Made by a program: the position numbers and the translations under genes
Notes under the pieces: generated by a model
The model's input: only the letters and a program-made list of their open reading frames with translations
The model's database searches: none
Told to the model about the DNA's origin: nothing
Shown: piece by piece, positions 50,101-64,000 of the stretch
Numbering within the stretch: the first letter of the stretch is position 1
Layout: every line of letters begins with the position of its first letter
NCBI RefSeq assembly: GCF_006345805.1
Contig: NC_043011.1
Coordinates: 44,590,464 to 44,654,463, forward strand
DNA: 64,000 nt
Direction: 5' to 3'
Source: Octopus sinensis
Taxonomy: Eukaryota

Positions 50101-50904
50101 AGAGGTTGAAAATTAACAGACTGGTTTTTATCTTGGCATTTATAGCAAGAAGGATGCAGCAGATATGTAGTAACAATAAGTGACTATAATACCAGCAGGC
50201 AATGAAGAGGCTAAATGACAACAGCTAAAAAGCCAGAAACATATGAAATTGTCTCCCTTGCTTGCCCAACCAGTGTGTAATGTTAGCTGAGCAAATCACT
50301 GTATTTAAACCTGCAACAGTGATTTCTAGTTTTTTAAAAAAAGGATCAGAATTAGTTTAAGTGGAATTTTTTATGACTAAACATGGCTATGCTAAAAGTA
50401 GGGGGTCAGTGTTTTTATTACAATATGCAAGTTAGTAAAAACTGGAGGAAGGGATTCAGAGAGGGGAGGAGTCATTGGATGTCATTCAGTGCAAAAGCAG
50501 ATTGTATAGGAAACTGTTCCGCATAGCAAGATTGTGTTTGTGTGTATGTAGGGGTCATAAGGTGCGACAAAATAATAATAATAATAGCAATAATAATTAT
50601 AATAATAGATGTTGAGTAATGTTTGAGAAAGCTGAATGTCAAAAGTGTTCAAGGAACACATATCAGTGTAAGAGGAAGTGTTTGTTGTAATGTGTATGGT
50701 GTAATGTGGTGGTGATGGAAGAGATGCTGGTGGTAGTGATGGTGGTGGTGGTGGTGGTGATGATAATGATGATGATGACAACATGGGCAGTATAACAATA
50801 GTATTTGGGAGTGGTGATGGTGGTGAGGTGGTGACGGTGGTGAGGTGGTGATGGTGGTGGTAGTGGTGGTATTTATTCTATTGTAAACAAACACGTACAC
50901 ACAC

Positions 50905-51100
50905 ATACATCTACATCCACTCCGTATAGATTTCTCAGAGATCTTTGGCAAGACAGCAAGATATCATCGAAGAGCTGTGGACCTCTGAACCGCAAGTTGT
51001 TGCAGTATGAAAACCTGATTCCCGATGGGGGGAAGGTGAGGCCTCGGGGATTATGCAGTGGCAACCAGTTTGTAGGATTGGTGTAGCTTACAATGCTAAT
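50905..51100 (-). mobile_element. CR1/L2-like LINE ORF2 C-terminal fragment
   Basis: IVSYTNP...YCNNLRFRGPQLFD...LRNLYGVDVDV resembles the post-RT 'GPxLFNxLP..LRxL.GV' motif of CR1-group LINEs. Confidence 0.6.
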
Positions 51101-51119
51101 GTGTGCATGCATGTCTATA

Positions 51120-51411
51120 AAAATACTTATGTGTATATATGTATATACATATATATATATAAACATATATATACATATAAACATAAATATACATATATAT
51201 ATATATATATTAAACATATATATATATATATATATAAACATATACATATACATATATATAAACATATACATATATATATATATAAACATATATATACATA
51301 TATATAAACATATATATACTATATATAAACATATATATACATAAAACATAAATATACATATATATATAATAAAATATACATATATATATACATACAAACA
51401 TACATAATACA

Positions 51412-51449
<38 letters not shown>

Positions 51450-51950
51450 TTTTATATACATAATATATATACATTAACATATATAACATACACATAGATA
51501 TATACATACACATATATATATACATACACATATATATATATATATATATACATACACACATTTTATATACATATATACATACATATATATATATATACAT
51601 ACACATATATATATATACATACACATATATATATACATACACATATATATATATATACATACACATAGATGTATATATACATATATATACATATATACAT
51701 ACACAAATATATATATATATACATACACATACATATATACATACACAAATATATATATATACATACACAAATATATATATATATACATACACATAGATGT
51801 ATATATACATATATATACATATATACATATACATGCATATATACATATGCATACATACATATACATACACATACAAACATTATACACACACACATATATG
51901 TATGTAAATACATATATATATGTACACTCACATAAGTATGAGTATATATA
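51120..51950. repeat. Long compound (TA)n/(CA)n microsatellite field
   Basis: About 830 bp of TATA/CATA units. Similar fields at 27975-28480, 41430-41860, 43210-43720 (AG/TG) and 56200-56740. Confidence 0.95.
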
Positions 51951-52824
51951 AATGCGTGCTTATTTACATTGTGAGGAAAACTTTCATTTTGGCTAAATTT
52001 TAACTCAATTTACTACTTTTTTGAAAAATTTTCATTACTTTCTATGAAATTGATCTGGTAACTCTAATAGTGGTGGTGGGGAGGAGGTTAGTGGCAGTGG
52101 GACGGTGGCGGTGGTGATGGTAGAGGTGGTGGTGGGTACTGGCAACGGTTTGGTGATGCTGATGCAATACAGTTGGTGCAACATAATAAAAATATGGGAT
52201 AGGAGGGGGGGCAGAGGGAGGGCGGAAGGAGCAAAGTAAATAAGAACTTTGCGAGAGTTAACAAGGAAGGAAAGGAGCGGCTGATGATGAAGGATGAAGG
52301 AGACCTCTTCCTCCTCACCCCCCGCCATCCTTCCTGTACCCTTATTTACCATCTACCCCCACCACCAACTACAGCGCTTCCCACCTCTAGATCTTTGCCG
52401 AAAGTGAGGTGGGCGTAGATGAAACATCATCATCAACGTCCTTATCATTAATGTTATCTTTATTATCACTATTATTATTATCATCATCATCATCATTATT
52501 GCTATTATTATTATTGTTGTTATTGTTATTATTATTATCACTATTATTACTATATTATTGCGATGGTGGTGGGGGTGGTGGTGGTGGTGAATAAATTGGT
52601 GAGTGTGTTGTTAAATTTAGTACCCGTTAAGTTATGGGGTATATTTCATCAACTTGTTACGCCTCCCTCTATGTTTTCTTTTCTCTTGCATCATCATCAC
52701 TTTTACATCGACGTTTCCACGTTGGCATGGCTTGGAAGAGACTTTCTTTTTCCAGGCAAATCTTTTACAGTCACACTCACTACTTTCTTGAAGTCAACTC
52801 AACTCTCTTCCTTTTAACGCTTCT

Positions 52825-53238
52825 TTTTTACTCTTTTACTTGTTTCAGTCATTTGACTGTGGCCATGCTGGAGCACCGCCTTTAGTCGAGCAAATCGACC
52901 TCGGGATTTATTCTTTGTAAGTCTAGTACTTATTCTATCGATCTCTTTTGCCGAACCGCTAAGTTACGGGGGCGTAAACACACCAGCATCGGTTGTCAAG
53001 CGATGTTGGGGGGACAAACACAGACACACAAACATATACACACACATACATATATATATATATATACAGATATACGACAGGCTTCTATCAGTTTCTGTCT
53101 ACCAAATCCACTCACAAGGCTTTGGTTGGCCCGAGGCTATAGTAGAAGACACTTGCCCAAAGTGCCACGCAGTGGGACTGAACCCGGAACCATGTGGTTC
53201 GTAAGCAAGCTACTTACCACACAGCCACTCCTGCGCCT
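52825..53238 (-). mobile_element. SINE family A, full length, young
   Basis: Complete head ggcgcaggagtggctgtgtggtaag through to the tail aaacaagtaaaagag. Confidence 0.9.
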
Positions 53239-53994
53239 ATATAAATATATTTCTATTAGAATATCTCTTTTTATCTTTTATCTTTTACTTTTTCTGTCAT
53301 TGAACTGTGGCCAAACTATGGTACTGCCAGGAAGAATTTTGGTCAAGCAAATCAACCATGGCTCTTATTCTATCAGCATCTTTTGCCAAACTGCAAAGTT
53401 ATGGGGATCACACCAACACAAACATGCACACACAAACACACACACATGTGTATATTATGTGTGTGTGTGTGTGTGTGTGTGCACGCACCTTTCAATGCTG
53501 TGTATGCCATAAGGTCTGCAAATCTAACTGAGGCCTCAAAAGACATTTTAAGATCCACAAAGATCAGAGCTTAACTGCAGCTTTCGATGGTACAAATCAG
53601 ATGTGCAATTTATGTGGGTGTCTTTTCAATAAAATGTCTGGTTTAAAAAGCCACATCAGATGCCAAATTGGATCTAAGGTGTAAGTACAAGTCGTAGTCA
53701 GACTCTGCATGAGGAGTAGTCAACCACCGTATATATATCTACAGGTTTCTTTCAGTATCTGTTTACCAAATCCACTCACAAGGCTTTGGTTGGCCCACGG
53801 TTATAGTAGAAAGACAGTAGCCTAAGGTGCCACACAGAGGGCCTGAACCCAGAACTATGTCCCCATGGTTGAGAAGCGAACTTCATACCACACAACCAAG
53901 CCTGCACCTGACTTTGTCTTAATTAATTTTAAAGTAATGAAAAATTTAGTATAAAATAATTGTCATTATTAATCTGCTGTTTGGTAGTGGTTAG

Positions 53995-54935
53995 TAGCAT
54001 TCCATCTGGCTCTTTAAATTCTAAGTTCAAATGCCACTGAGGTCAACTTTATGTTTCATCATTCAGGGGTCAATGAACTAAGAACCAGTTGAATGAACAC
54101 TGAGGTTGATGTAACTGACTATCATTCTCCCTAAAAATTCCAGGCCTTGGGCCTTGAAGCTACAATAGAAAGAATTGTTAATGTGTTGTTTGGTGGTAAA
54201 CTGGCAGAATTGTTGGACAAAAATGTTTAGCAGCATTTCATCTGTCTTTACATTCCGAGTTCAAATTCTGCCAAGGTTGACTTTGCCTTTCATACATTTG
54301 AATTCAATGAAATAGATACCAGTTGAGAGCTGGGGTTGATGTAACCAACTAACCCCATCACTTTCCTAAAATTTCAGGCCTTGTGCCTATTAATCTAGTG
54401 TCTGGAACATAAATTAACAGAAAATTTTGATGGAAGATTTTATCATAGATCATTTTAAAACAGGAAGTTTGTTATCAAAGAACCAGAAGCAGTTCTCAGG
54501 TCTGTTAGTATCAAAAGAGTTAATTGCTTCTTGTAATTAATTAGCTCTTTGCATTCTTCATTCAAATTCCGATGAGGTCAACTTTGCTTTCATTTTTCCA
54601 AGGTTAATAAAATAAAGTGCTTATCAAATACTGATGTTGATGGTAGCAATCAATGCCCCTCCCCTCAAAAATTGATGGCCTAGTACCTAAATTAGAAACC
54701 ATTACTGTGACTGCTGCTATTGTAATGGCAGAATGGCTGGAGCATTGATAAAACATTGCCTTGAAGTTTTTATTCAAGCTCTTTACGTTGCAAGTTCAAA
54801 TCCCACTGAGGTCAGCTTTGCCTTTCATCCTTTCAAGGGTCTACCAAATAATGTACCAGGTTAAAGCTGGGGTCAATGATACTAACCAAATCTCCTCCCT
54901 TTCAAATTCCTAATCCTGTGCTCAAATCAGAAACA
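53995..54935 (+). mobile_element. Cluster of old same-orientation SINE B copies
   Basis: Four degenerate gttcaaat...gtcaactttgcctttcat domains at about 54025, 54258, 54560 and 54793. Confidence 0.7.
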
Positions 54936-54949
54936 AATATTATCATCAT

Positions 54950-55345
54950 AGGTACAGGAGTGGGTGTGTGGTAAGTAGCTTGCTTACCAACCACATGGTT
55001 CCAGGTTCAGTTCCACTGCGAGGTACCTTGGGCAAGTGTCTTCAACTATAGCCTTGGGCCGACCAAAGCCTTGTGAGTGGATTTGGTAGACAGAAACTGA
55101 AGGAAGCCCATCGTATATATTTATATATATGCATGTGTGTGTATATGTTTGTGTCTGTTTGTCATCCAACATTACTTGACAACCGATGGTGGTGTGTTTG
55201 CATCCCTGTAACTTAGCGGTTCAGCAAAAGTGACCGATAGAATAAGTACTAGGCTTACAAAGAATAAGTCCTGGAGTCGATTTGTTCGACTAAAGGCGGT
55301 GCTCCAGCATGACCGCAGTCAAATGACTGAAACAAGTAAAAGAGT
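54950..55345 (+). mobile_element. SINE family A, full length
   Basis: Same head, core and tail as 18708-19082. Confidence 0.9.
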
Positions 55346-56417
55346 AAAAAGAGAGTAGAGAGTATCATCATCACCATCATCATTGATGTTGTTGTTTATC
55401 CTTAACTGAACAGGCCAATGATCACAGGTATTGCTGCTGGGACCCAAACAAAATGTATCTAAGACTACATTATCCAATGTGTTCTTGTTCTTCCTATCTT
55501 AAGACAGTAAAGTAAGCTGAGGGAGATGTCACTGTTATTTCTAGCATGCTTTGTGATCACACACCATGTTAGATAGGGTCACGTACATAATTCTGGGGTT
55601 AAAACATAAGTGAATGAGAGTTAAAACTCCTCCTGGATAAGATAATAGTCCATCACAGTAAAGACGAGAAACACAACACACACACACATACACACACACA
55701 CACACCCTCACTCACACACACACAAGAGGAAGCATTAACATGGTCAGTCAACAAGCTAGCAATAGCAGCCAAATCTCATTAAAAATCACACTCTGCTGTC
55801 TAAAAATGGAAGGTCATGTTTGATAATGGATTTTCGTCCTTAAAATGAAACAGGCAGGTTAGTCATGACTGGAATGTTCGTAATTGTAAGTCTACTCAAT
55901 TAGCACTGATTTTAAATAAAAACAGATACATGCACCCACAAGCACAAATACACACACACACACACAACACACACACACACACATACAATAGTGAGAAAAG
56001 TCTTAAGCCCCAACATCACATGACATATCTGTGGAAGCTATAGTTACCAGTGCATTCCCTCAAATGTTGTCAAGGTGTGACCTTTCTCTGTGGCATGTTG
56101 TTGTTGTTGGTGTCAATGCCATTGTTGTTGTTAAAACAATATACAGTGGTGGGGGGAGGACTGAGGATGACTTAAGGATTGCCCTGGGATAAACATTGTC
56201 ATATATACATACGTGTGTGTGTGTGTTGTGTGTGTGTGTGTATAGAATATATGTATACACACACATATACACACACACAAATATATATACATATATACAT
56301 ACATGTGTGTATATATCTATATATATATACATTCATGTGTGTATATATGTGCATGTACATATATATGCATGCATACATGTGTGTGTATGCATATATATAT
56401 ACACACACACAAGTATG

Positions 56418-56448
<31 letters not shown>

Positions 56449-58025
56449 ACATACACATATATGCACAAAGACATGGGTGTGTGTGAATATATAAATATAT
56501 ATAGAGAGAGAGATACACACACACATACATACACATAATATATATATATAGAGAGAGAGAGATACACATACATACACATAATGTATATATATATATATAA
56601 AGAGAGAGAGAGAGAGAGAGAGATACACATACATACACATAATACATATATATATATACACACGCACATATATATATACTACATATATACATACACATAC
56701 ACACACACACACACACATACACATATATATATATATAAATATCAGACATTGAGTACATTCCCATATTTAAACAGTACAAGTCTTGGTGGGACATTCCCAT
56801 AAAACATGAGACAAGCCCGTTAGTTAGTGGTGCTCGGGTCGGAAGAGAGGGTAGAGAGAAAACACCCAAAAAACGAAAAAAAAAAAAGAAAGAAAGAAAC
56901 TGAAACTTAAATCTACTTTAGAAGACATCAGCTGTCTTGCAGATGTGAACGTTTCCATGTGCCCCAAACATCCTATCATTAGCAGCTATTCACTGACGAC
57001 AATTTACCCATCCAATAATTTGCTAATTAGCGAAAAACATCTTTTGAAGAGCCAAAAATATTGGGGACTGTACTGAAAGAATAAAAAAAAAATAGAAGCG
57101 ACTGTTAGGAATTATGAACCAAACGATTCTGTTCTTCCATGTTTGTAAGAATGAACTCAAAGAATCCTCCTCCTCCTCCTCATCATCATTTATTTTTCAC
57201 TCATTAGACTGCAGCCATGCTGGGGCACTATATTGAAGAATTTTTTTAGTCAAATGAATCCACCCCAGTACTTATTTTTTTGTTCAGCCTGGTACTTATG
57301 CTATCAGCCCCTTTTTGCTGAGCTGCTAAGTTATGGGGGAGGGGGCATAAACACAGACACAAATACACACATACATACATATATATAGAGAGAGAGATAT
57401 ATAGATATATATATGACAGGCTTCTTCCAGTTTCTGTCAACCAAATCTACTCACAAGGCTTTGGTTGGCCCAAGGCTATAGTAAAAGACAGTTGCCCAAG
57501 GTGCCAAACAGTGGGACTGAACCCAGAACCATGTGGTTGGGAAGTAAGCTTCTTACCACACAGCCATCCATTTTTTCCATGCTGGCATGGGTTGGACAGT
57601 TTGACAGGATCTGGTGAGCTGTAGGGTTTTCTAAGGCCAACTTTTTGCCTTTCGACCTTTCAGTGTCGATCAAATGATGTACCATTCCGATGCCGAGAGG
57701 TTCAATTATATCAACGAATCCTCCTCCTCAAAATTGCTGGCCTTGTGTCTGAATCAGAAACATTTATTAATTTTATCGTTATTATTATTATTTATTATTG
57801 AGGCAGTGAAATGACAGAATTATTAGCATGCCAGGCAAAACACTTACCAGTATTTTGTCTGCCATTATGTTCTGAGTTTAATTTCACTGAGGTCGACTTT
57901 GCCTTTCATTCATTCGGGGAGGTGGCTTTAGGCCAAGCAAGTGTTGTTGAAAGGCTAAAGTATGACAGAGGGACAAGCATAAGTGGTATAGAGGGGATAC
58001 ATGGCTATATATATATATATATATG

Positions 58026-58327
58026 GAGGCGCAATGGCCTAGTGGTTAGGGCAGCAGACTCGCGGTCGCAGGATCGCGGTTTCGATTCCTAGACCGGGCG
58101 TTGTGAGTGTTTATTGAGCGAAAACACCTAAAAGCTCCACGAGGCTCTGGCAGGGGGTGGTGATCCCTGCTGTACTCTTTCACCACTCTTTCTCCCACTC
58201 TTTCTTCTGTTGGCCTGCTCGCTTAGCCAGCGGGGTGGCGTCATTCGAAGGCTAAAACAATGCGAACGCATTGTGACAAGCGATGTGTAACAACATCTGA
58301 TAGTCTGGTCGGTCACGTGATCACGTT
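58026..58327 (+). mobile_element. SINE family C, full length, in (TA)n
   Basis: Near-identical to 7847-8146. Confidence 0.9.
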
Positions 58328-59231
58328 ATATATATATATATATATATATAGGGATTGGTGGGTAGGAGGAGTTGGAAAGGGGATGAAGCTGGTAGTACTG
58401 GAGGGCCAGAATAAACTCCCAAGGTAAAAGACGGTGAACATAAGGGAAGATGCAGACAGTGAGTCAGGGAAAGAGAGAATGGATGTCACTTTTGGGAAGC
58501 TTTTCCTTATGTTTTAATAATGTTTTTTAGAAGTTTAAAATGAATTTTGTAAGTAATTTTTTTACATTCATCTGTTACTTATTTCAGCCATTAGACTGTG
58601 ACCATGCTGGAGCACCAACTCAAAGGGTTTAGTCCTGTGGTTCTCAACCACGGTCCATAGGGCCCTTAGGGGTCAATATAACAGATTGGTTATACTTCTA
58701 CAGTACACAAAATATGTTAACAATTTTATATATATATATAGGAGCAGGTGTGGCTGTGTGGTAAGTAGCTTGCTTACAAACCACATGGTACCAAGTTCAG
58801 TCCCACTGCATGGCACCTTGCGCAATGTCTTCTACTATAGCCTCGGGCCGACCAAAGCTTTGTGAGTGGATATGGTAGACAGAAACTGAAAGAAGTCTGT
58901 TGTATATATATATGTGTGTGTGTTTGTGCCCCCAACATCGCTTGACAACTGATGCTTGGCTTGTGTATTTATGTCCCTGTAACTTAGCGGTTCGGCAAAG
59001 AGACCGATAGAATAAGTACTAGGCTTACAAAGAATAAGTTCTGAGGTGGATTTGTTTGACTAAAGTCAGTGCTCCAGCATGGCCAGTCAAATGACTGAAA
59101 TAAAACAAAAGAACAGAATATATATATATATATAAATTATATTCACAATATATGGATTTAACTAATTTATTGGTACTCATAAAAAAAATTCCTTGATGTA
59201 ATAGGCTACAAAGCACAGAGAATGTATAATC

Positions 59232-59337
59232 CGATACAACAGAAGAAATATGAGGAGTATATAAATCATAAATAAAGAGAGGAACGATACAACAGAAGAA
59301 ATATGAGGAGTATATAAATCATAAATAAAGAGAGGAA
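59232..59337. repeat. Perfect 53-bp tandem duplication
   Basis: cgatacaacagaagaaatatgaggagtatataaatcataaataaagagaggaa occurs at 59232 and 59285. Confidence 0.95.
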
Positions 59338-59490
59338 GTATACTATGAGTAATATGGATAGCCAATATTTAACTACAATTGTTTCGTAGCTTACTAACAT
59401 GTACTAATAATTCATTTTATTTTATCTTATGAATTTATATTTTACATGTATTGATACAGACATGTAAATATTTTACTATTTATTATAAAA

Positions 59491-59650
59491 CTAGCAGTAT
59501 AACCCAGCTTTGCCTGGGATTAAGTTAGGATTATTAAGCTAATCAAGTTCTTTACATCAAACCAAACTAAGTAACATCAACATCAAATTTGGGCGAAATC
59601 CGTTGAAATTGGTTTATATATATATACATAGGCAACACACACACACACGT
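59491..59650 (-). mobile_element. Non-autonomous Helitron-like 3' end
   Basis: Minus strand shows hairpin CCCAG-GCAAAG-CTGGG (59518-59503), 8 nt, then CTAG (59494-59491) followed by T. Confidence 0.55.
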
Positions 59651-60484
59651 ACATAAGTACACCTATTGCATACGTGTTTTTTGTACGCATACATGTTCGT
59701 GTGTGTGTGAGTGTACATATATATATATGAATGTATTTATGTATATGCATGTGTGTGTGTGTAAATCTATTGAAAAAGCTGTGGTTGGTCTGGGGCTATA
59801 GTAGAACACAGCTAACATCAGGGTGTCATGCAGTGGAACTGAACCCAAGACCACGTGGCCGGGAAGCAAGCTTCTTAATCACACAACCACACTTGCACCT
59901 AAAGGTAATTTATTTTATAATTAATCAATAAATTGCCGTCAGTGACTATGTTAATTGGTTAGTTGTTTGTCAATGATTTTGCTAATCGACTGTCAAATCC
60001 CTAACGAGCAATTTGTTGAGTAAATTCCAGATCTTAATTATTGGTTGATGAATTTTCCTGCAGCCAAACATTTCATTGAAAATTAACGAGAAAAAGATAA
60101 AATATATATATAGATAATTGCTTCTAAATCTCCAATTAATCTACTCATGTCATAAGTCTATGTTTGTATCAGTAATTATTAATGGATTTGAACAGTACTT
60201 TTTGGTAGTAGACGAAACACATTACTTTGTTTAACACTATTACCTGGTACCTTGGGTACTTTAATGTAGTCTACTCTGTTTGTATGTATATGTGTATGTA
60301 TAAATATATTCTTTTATTTGTTTCAGTCATTTGACTGCAGGCCATGCTGGAGCACCGCCTTTAGTCAAACAAATTGACCCCCAGCACTTATTCTTTGTAA
60401 GCCAAGTACTTATTCTATCGGTCTCTTTTGCAGGTTGTCAAGAGATTGTGGAGGGATAAACACAGACACACACTTGTGTATATA

Positions 60485-60543
60485 TATAACAAAACTCTCC
60501 GATGAACGGGAACGTGAAACTCTGAGTAACAGCTTTTGTTATA
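60485..60543 (+). ncRNA. Degenerate type-I hammerhead motif (Penelope-like fragment)
   Basis: CCGAUGA (60499-60505; U4C), stem II ACG-GGAA-CGU, GAAA at 60516-60519, stem III ACUC/GAGU, GUA at 60526-60528 and outer helix UAUAACAAAA/UUUUGUUAUA. Confidence 0.6.
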
Positions 60544-60554
60544 TTTCTGCTGCT

Positions 60555-60944
60555 TTGTGTGGTAAGTAGCTTGCTAACCAACCACATGGTTCCGGGTTCA
60601 GTCCCACTGCGTGGCACCTTGGGCAAGTGTCTTCTGCTATAGCCTCGCGCCGACCAAAGCCTTGTGAGTGGATTTGGTAGACGGAAACTGAAAGAAGCCC
60701 ATCGTATATATGTATATATATATGTATATACGCGTGTGTGTGTTTGAGTGTCTCTGTTTGTCCCCCTAGCATTGCTTGACAACCGATGCTGGTGTGTTTA
60801 TGTCTCCGTTACTTAGCGGTTCGGCAAAAGAGACCGATAGAATAAGTACTGGGCTTACAAAAGAATAAGTCCCGGGGTCGAGTTGCTCAATTAAAGGTGG
60901 TACTCCAGCATGGCCGCAGTCAAATGACTGAAACAAGTAAAAGA

Positions 60945-60945
<1 letters not shown>
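60555..60945 (+). mobile_element. SINE family A, near full length
   Basis: Head, core, internal (TA)/(TG) and tail are all present. Confidence 0.9.
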
Positions 60946-61005
<60 letters not shown>

Positions 61006-61198
61006 TACATATATGTATGTGTGTATATCGTCAGTGAATCATATCCGAAAAAGAAGCACATTCTGAAAGTTCAAGCAGTAATGTATTTACAGGAAGTTAA
61101 TTATATGGCCAGTCAAGGGTGACCATGTCCATAATGCTAAGCTTTTATGGTTTTGCACACCCATTGGTCACTTTATGATCAGATACATATTTAACTTC

Positions 61199-61236
<38 letters not shown>

Positions 61237-63080
61237 TTTAACTTATTTCAGTCATTTGACTGAGGCCATGTTCGAGCCCAGCCTTTTATGTGTGTGTGTG
61301 TGTGTGTGTGCGCGCGCATGTGTGTGTGTGTGTGTGTCCTTGTTTTTGTATACATTCGCTGCTTTCTTCTAAGGAATCTAATGTACTTAGCTTAGTTTTT
61401 CCTTGGGGCTGGCCAGATTGGAGCAATCTCAAGTATAACCAGCTGAAATTGCAAAGATAATCTGGAACACGACTGTTTTCTTTGTATCACCTAACTATCT
61501 GGATGTTTTGTGTTCTTGCCCCATTTTTGTATTTTATATATATATATATATATATGCATGGCTCACCCACATAGCCAGCAGGGTGGCATCATTCAAAAGC
61601 TAAAACAATGCGATGAACATTGTGACCAGCAGTGTATAACAACAACTGATAGTCCAGTTGATAGCAAGTTACATAAGGAGAGGGAGAGAGAGGGAGAAGG
61701 ACGGAGAGCTAATGACAATTAACTACTTCACTAAACTGGAAAATCTGATTTGCATAAATAATGTTGCTTGTAGCTATGACAACTGATTTACTGAGGCATT
61801 AAAATGTATGCTTCGTGAAATGTAGAAATGTATGGTGAAATATAGTCTGTTAGTTAAGTGTAAGGTTGTAACCATGACTGCAGTGCGGCAGGGACAATAC
61901 AAGAATTTGAGCAGTGAAAATATGCAAGACTATTTGAAAGTTTGGGACATACTTTGTTTAAAGCTGTTGAGAGCTGAATTCCGACATGGGGGCTTTGTTT
62001 TCCTGTTAAGGTACATGCATTGCATTATGGGATGGATTTAAAACTTTATAAATAAAGAGAATAAAGATTAGTTTACACAACACACACACACACACACACA
62101 CAAATGCATGAATACACATACACACAGATACACATAGACGAACACAAAACACAGATATATACACATATATACACACAGATACACATAGACGAACACAAAA
62201 CATAGATACACACACACACAGATATATACACATATATACACACAGATATAGAGGTATAGGCACAAACACACATTGACATATATATATATTCAGATACACA
62301 CACACAAGCACAAAGACACACATACATGTACACAAACACCACAATCTGTGTATCCTGGCCACAGAAGAATGAAACAATAGAAGATTGGAACAAGTGGTAG
62401 AATGGATTTGTGTAGTGTTGTAGGGGGAGGGGAGGAGGACTTGCAGTGGTGAAAAGCTGGGAGGATGAACAAACAGAAATGATCTCCCCTTCCCTTTCTG
62501 AATGCCCTCTATACTGCTACCATCACCACAATAGAGATAGATAGAGAGAGAGAGAGAGAAGAGAAGGCAGAATAACTAAAAGGGATAACAGGGGGAAGGA
62601 AGTCTGGGGTGGAGTGGGCCAGAAGTGATATGGAATTTACCTATGTATGAGGTGAGAGGAGGTAGTTTATTTCCGGTGAGGGAAGGAGCAACAGAGGAGT
62701 AGGGGATTGGAGGGGGTGGGGGTGATACACAAATTGCCCCCCACCCCCCACCCCGCCACCACCTATCTCATTCTGATTAAAAAGGAAGTAAAAAAAAATG
62801 GGGATATCCCACCCCAACCCATTCACCCCTAATACCGCCCCACCCTCTGCTGTATTATCACTCAATAGCCTTAGTTAAAACTCAATGTGAGGGGACTAGG
62901 AGAGTAGGGGAAGGATGGGAGTAAAGGGGAAATTGTAAAAATCAATGCAAACCAGAAATGATTCCTTGTTCTAGGTACAAAGGGAAAAAAAGGAAAAAAG
63001 CTTTTAAGGGTCAGACACACCACCCTACACCACTCTGCACCTCCACCATGCCTTCCTGTTTTTCATCAGTCAGAGCAGAA

Positions 63081-63710
63081 TTAGCCCTTTGACATTTAAC
63101 TGGCCATATCTGGCCTAAATACTCCACCAGTTTTATGGCCAGATCCTGCCTATCTACCTACCCTACAATGTCATTCTAAAAATAAACAATCACATCATGG
63201 AAATTTTGAGGTTATGAGATACTCTTTTACTTTTTTTACTTGCTTGTGTCTTTTGACTGCGGCCATGCTGGGGCACTGCCTTTAGTTGAACAAATCAACC
63301 CCAGCACTTATTCTTTGTACTTCCTAGTATTTATTCTATCAGTCTCTTTTTGCCAAACTGCTAAGTTACAGGAGCGTAAACACACCAGCATTGGTTGTGG
63401 GGGACAAACACAGACATACAAACATACATATACATACACACACACATATATTCGAAGATTAAATATGCTAACCCACTGGTTTTAATAAATTAATATCAAT
63501 TTCTACCCTTATTATTATTATATATATATATATGACAGGCTTCTTTTAGTTTCCGTCTAGCAAATCCACTCATATAGTAAAAGACACCTGCTCAAAGTGC
63601 CACACAGTGGAACTGAACCTGGAACCATGTAGTTGGTAGATAATTCAAAACAATGTGGATAAATAAGGATTACATTTGACAAGACTTATCTGAATGCTAA
63701 AAGGGTTACA
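63081..63710. mobile_element. Second piggyBac-type MITE family, interrupted by a minus-strand SINE A (63221-63638)
   Basis: Degenerate ends ttag-ccctttgacatt ... aatgctaaaaggg-ttac, i.e. TTAA-like flanks with CCCTTT TIRs. Confidence 0.55.
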
Positions 63711-64000
63711 AGAAGCTCTCTCCTTATCTCTGAGATAGGCCCTCAGTCCTTTTCAGGCAGCATTTCCTCAGAACTTAGCAACTACGTTGTTATTGATGGT
63801 AGTGAAGGTGGTGGTGTTTAGCCATAGGTCAACCAAGGTCAAGTAGACCCAATGATCAGAGGATAGTCCACCCATGACTGTTGCTTTTTTTTTTTTTTGT
63901 ATGTACATAAAGAAACTCAATCAGTAGAGCATCAGACTTCTAGATGTCAAGTGATCTGAGTCTTTCTGCAGGAGCACTTAACTATTTATATAGGCACAGG

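Noticed and set aside
52190-52430. GC-richer unique patch as a coding exon
   Set aside because: No consistent splice pair or protein-like frame. It could be regulatory, but the sequence alone gives no support.
61370-61530. Hammerhead-like gctgg...ccagc-tGAAA-ttgc segment, and similar at 30590-30780
   Set aside because: No recognisable CUGANGA or 3-8 paired equivalent and no NUH triplet. May be PLE debris but is too degenerate to call.

Overview
Eukaryotic, AT-rich, microsatellite-saturated DNA. The repeat content resembles a coleoid cephalopod (Octopus-like) genome; this is inferred from pattern recognition, not a database search. Almost all ORF-track entries are artefacts of (TA)n/(TG)n/(AG)n/(TAA)n/(CAC)n repeats or SINEs. 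The only credible host coding sequence is three phase-compatible minus-strand exons (4882-4816, 3422-3157, 1502-1443) of an unidentified gene that probably continues left of the window. The rest is intronic or intergenic and filled with mobile elements: three tRNA-headed SINE families, decayed LINEs (RTE, CR1-like, R4/Dong-like, HERO-like), decayed Tc1/mariner transposons, piggyBac-type MITEs, a Helitron-like end, Penelope-like fold-backs and an 830-bp tandem duplication. The most interesting signal is a set of hammerhead-ribozyme-like motifs. Two diverged HERO-like 3' ends keep all hammerhead core segments in a non-circularly permuted order (GUC...GAAAC...CUGANGA) with covarying stems. Several minimal type-I hammerheads also sit in Penelope-like fragments, with C3-G8, G3-C8, U3-G8 and U3-A8 core variants. 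None of these folds or activities has been computed or tested, and repeat boundaries are approximate.
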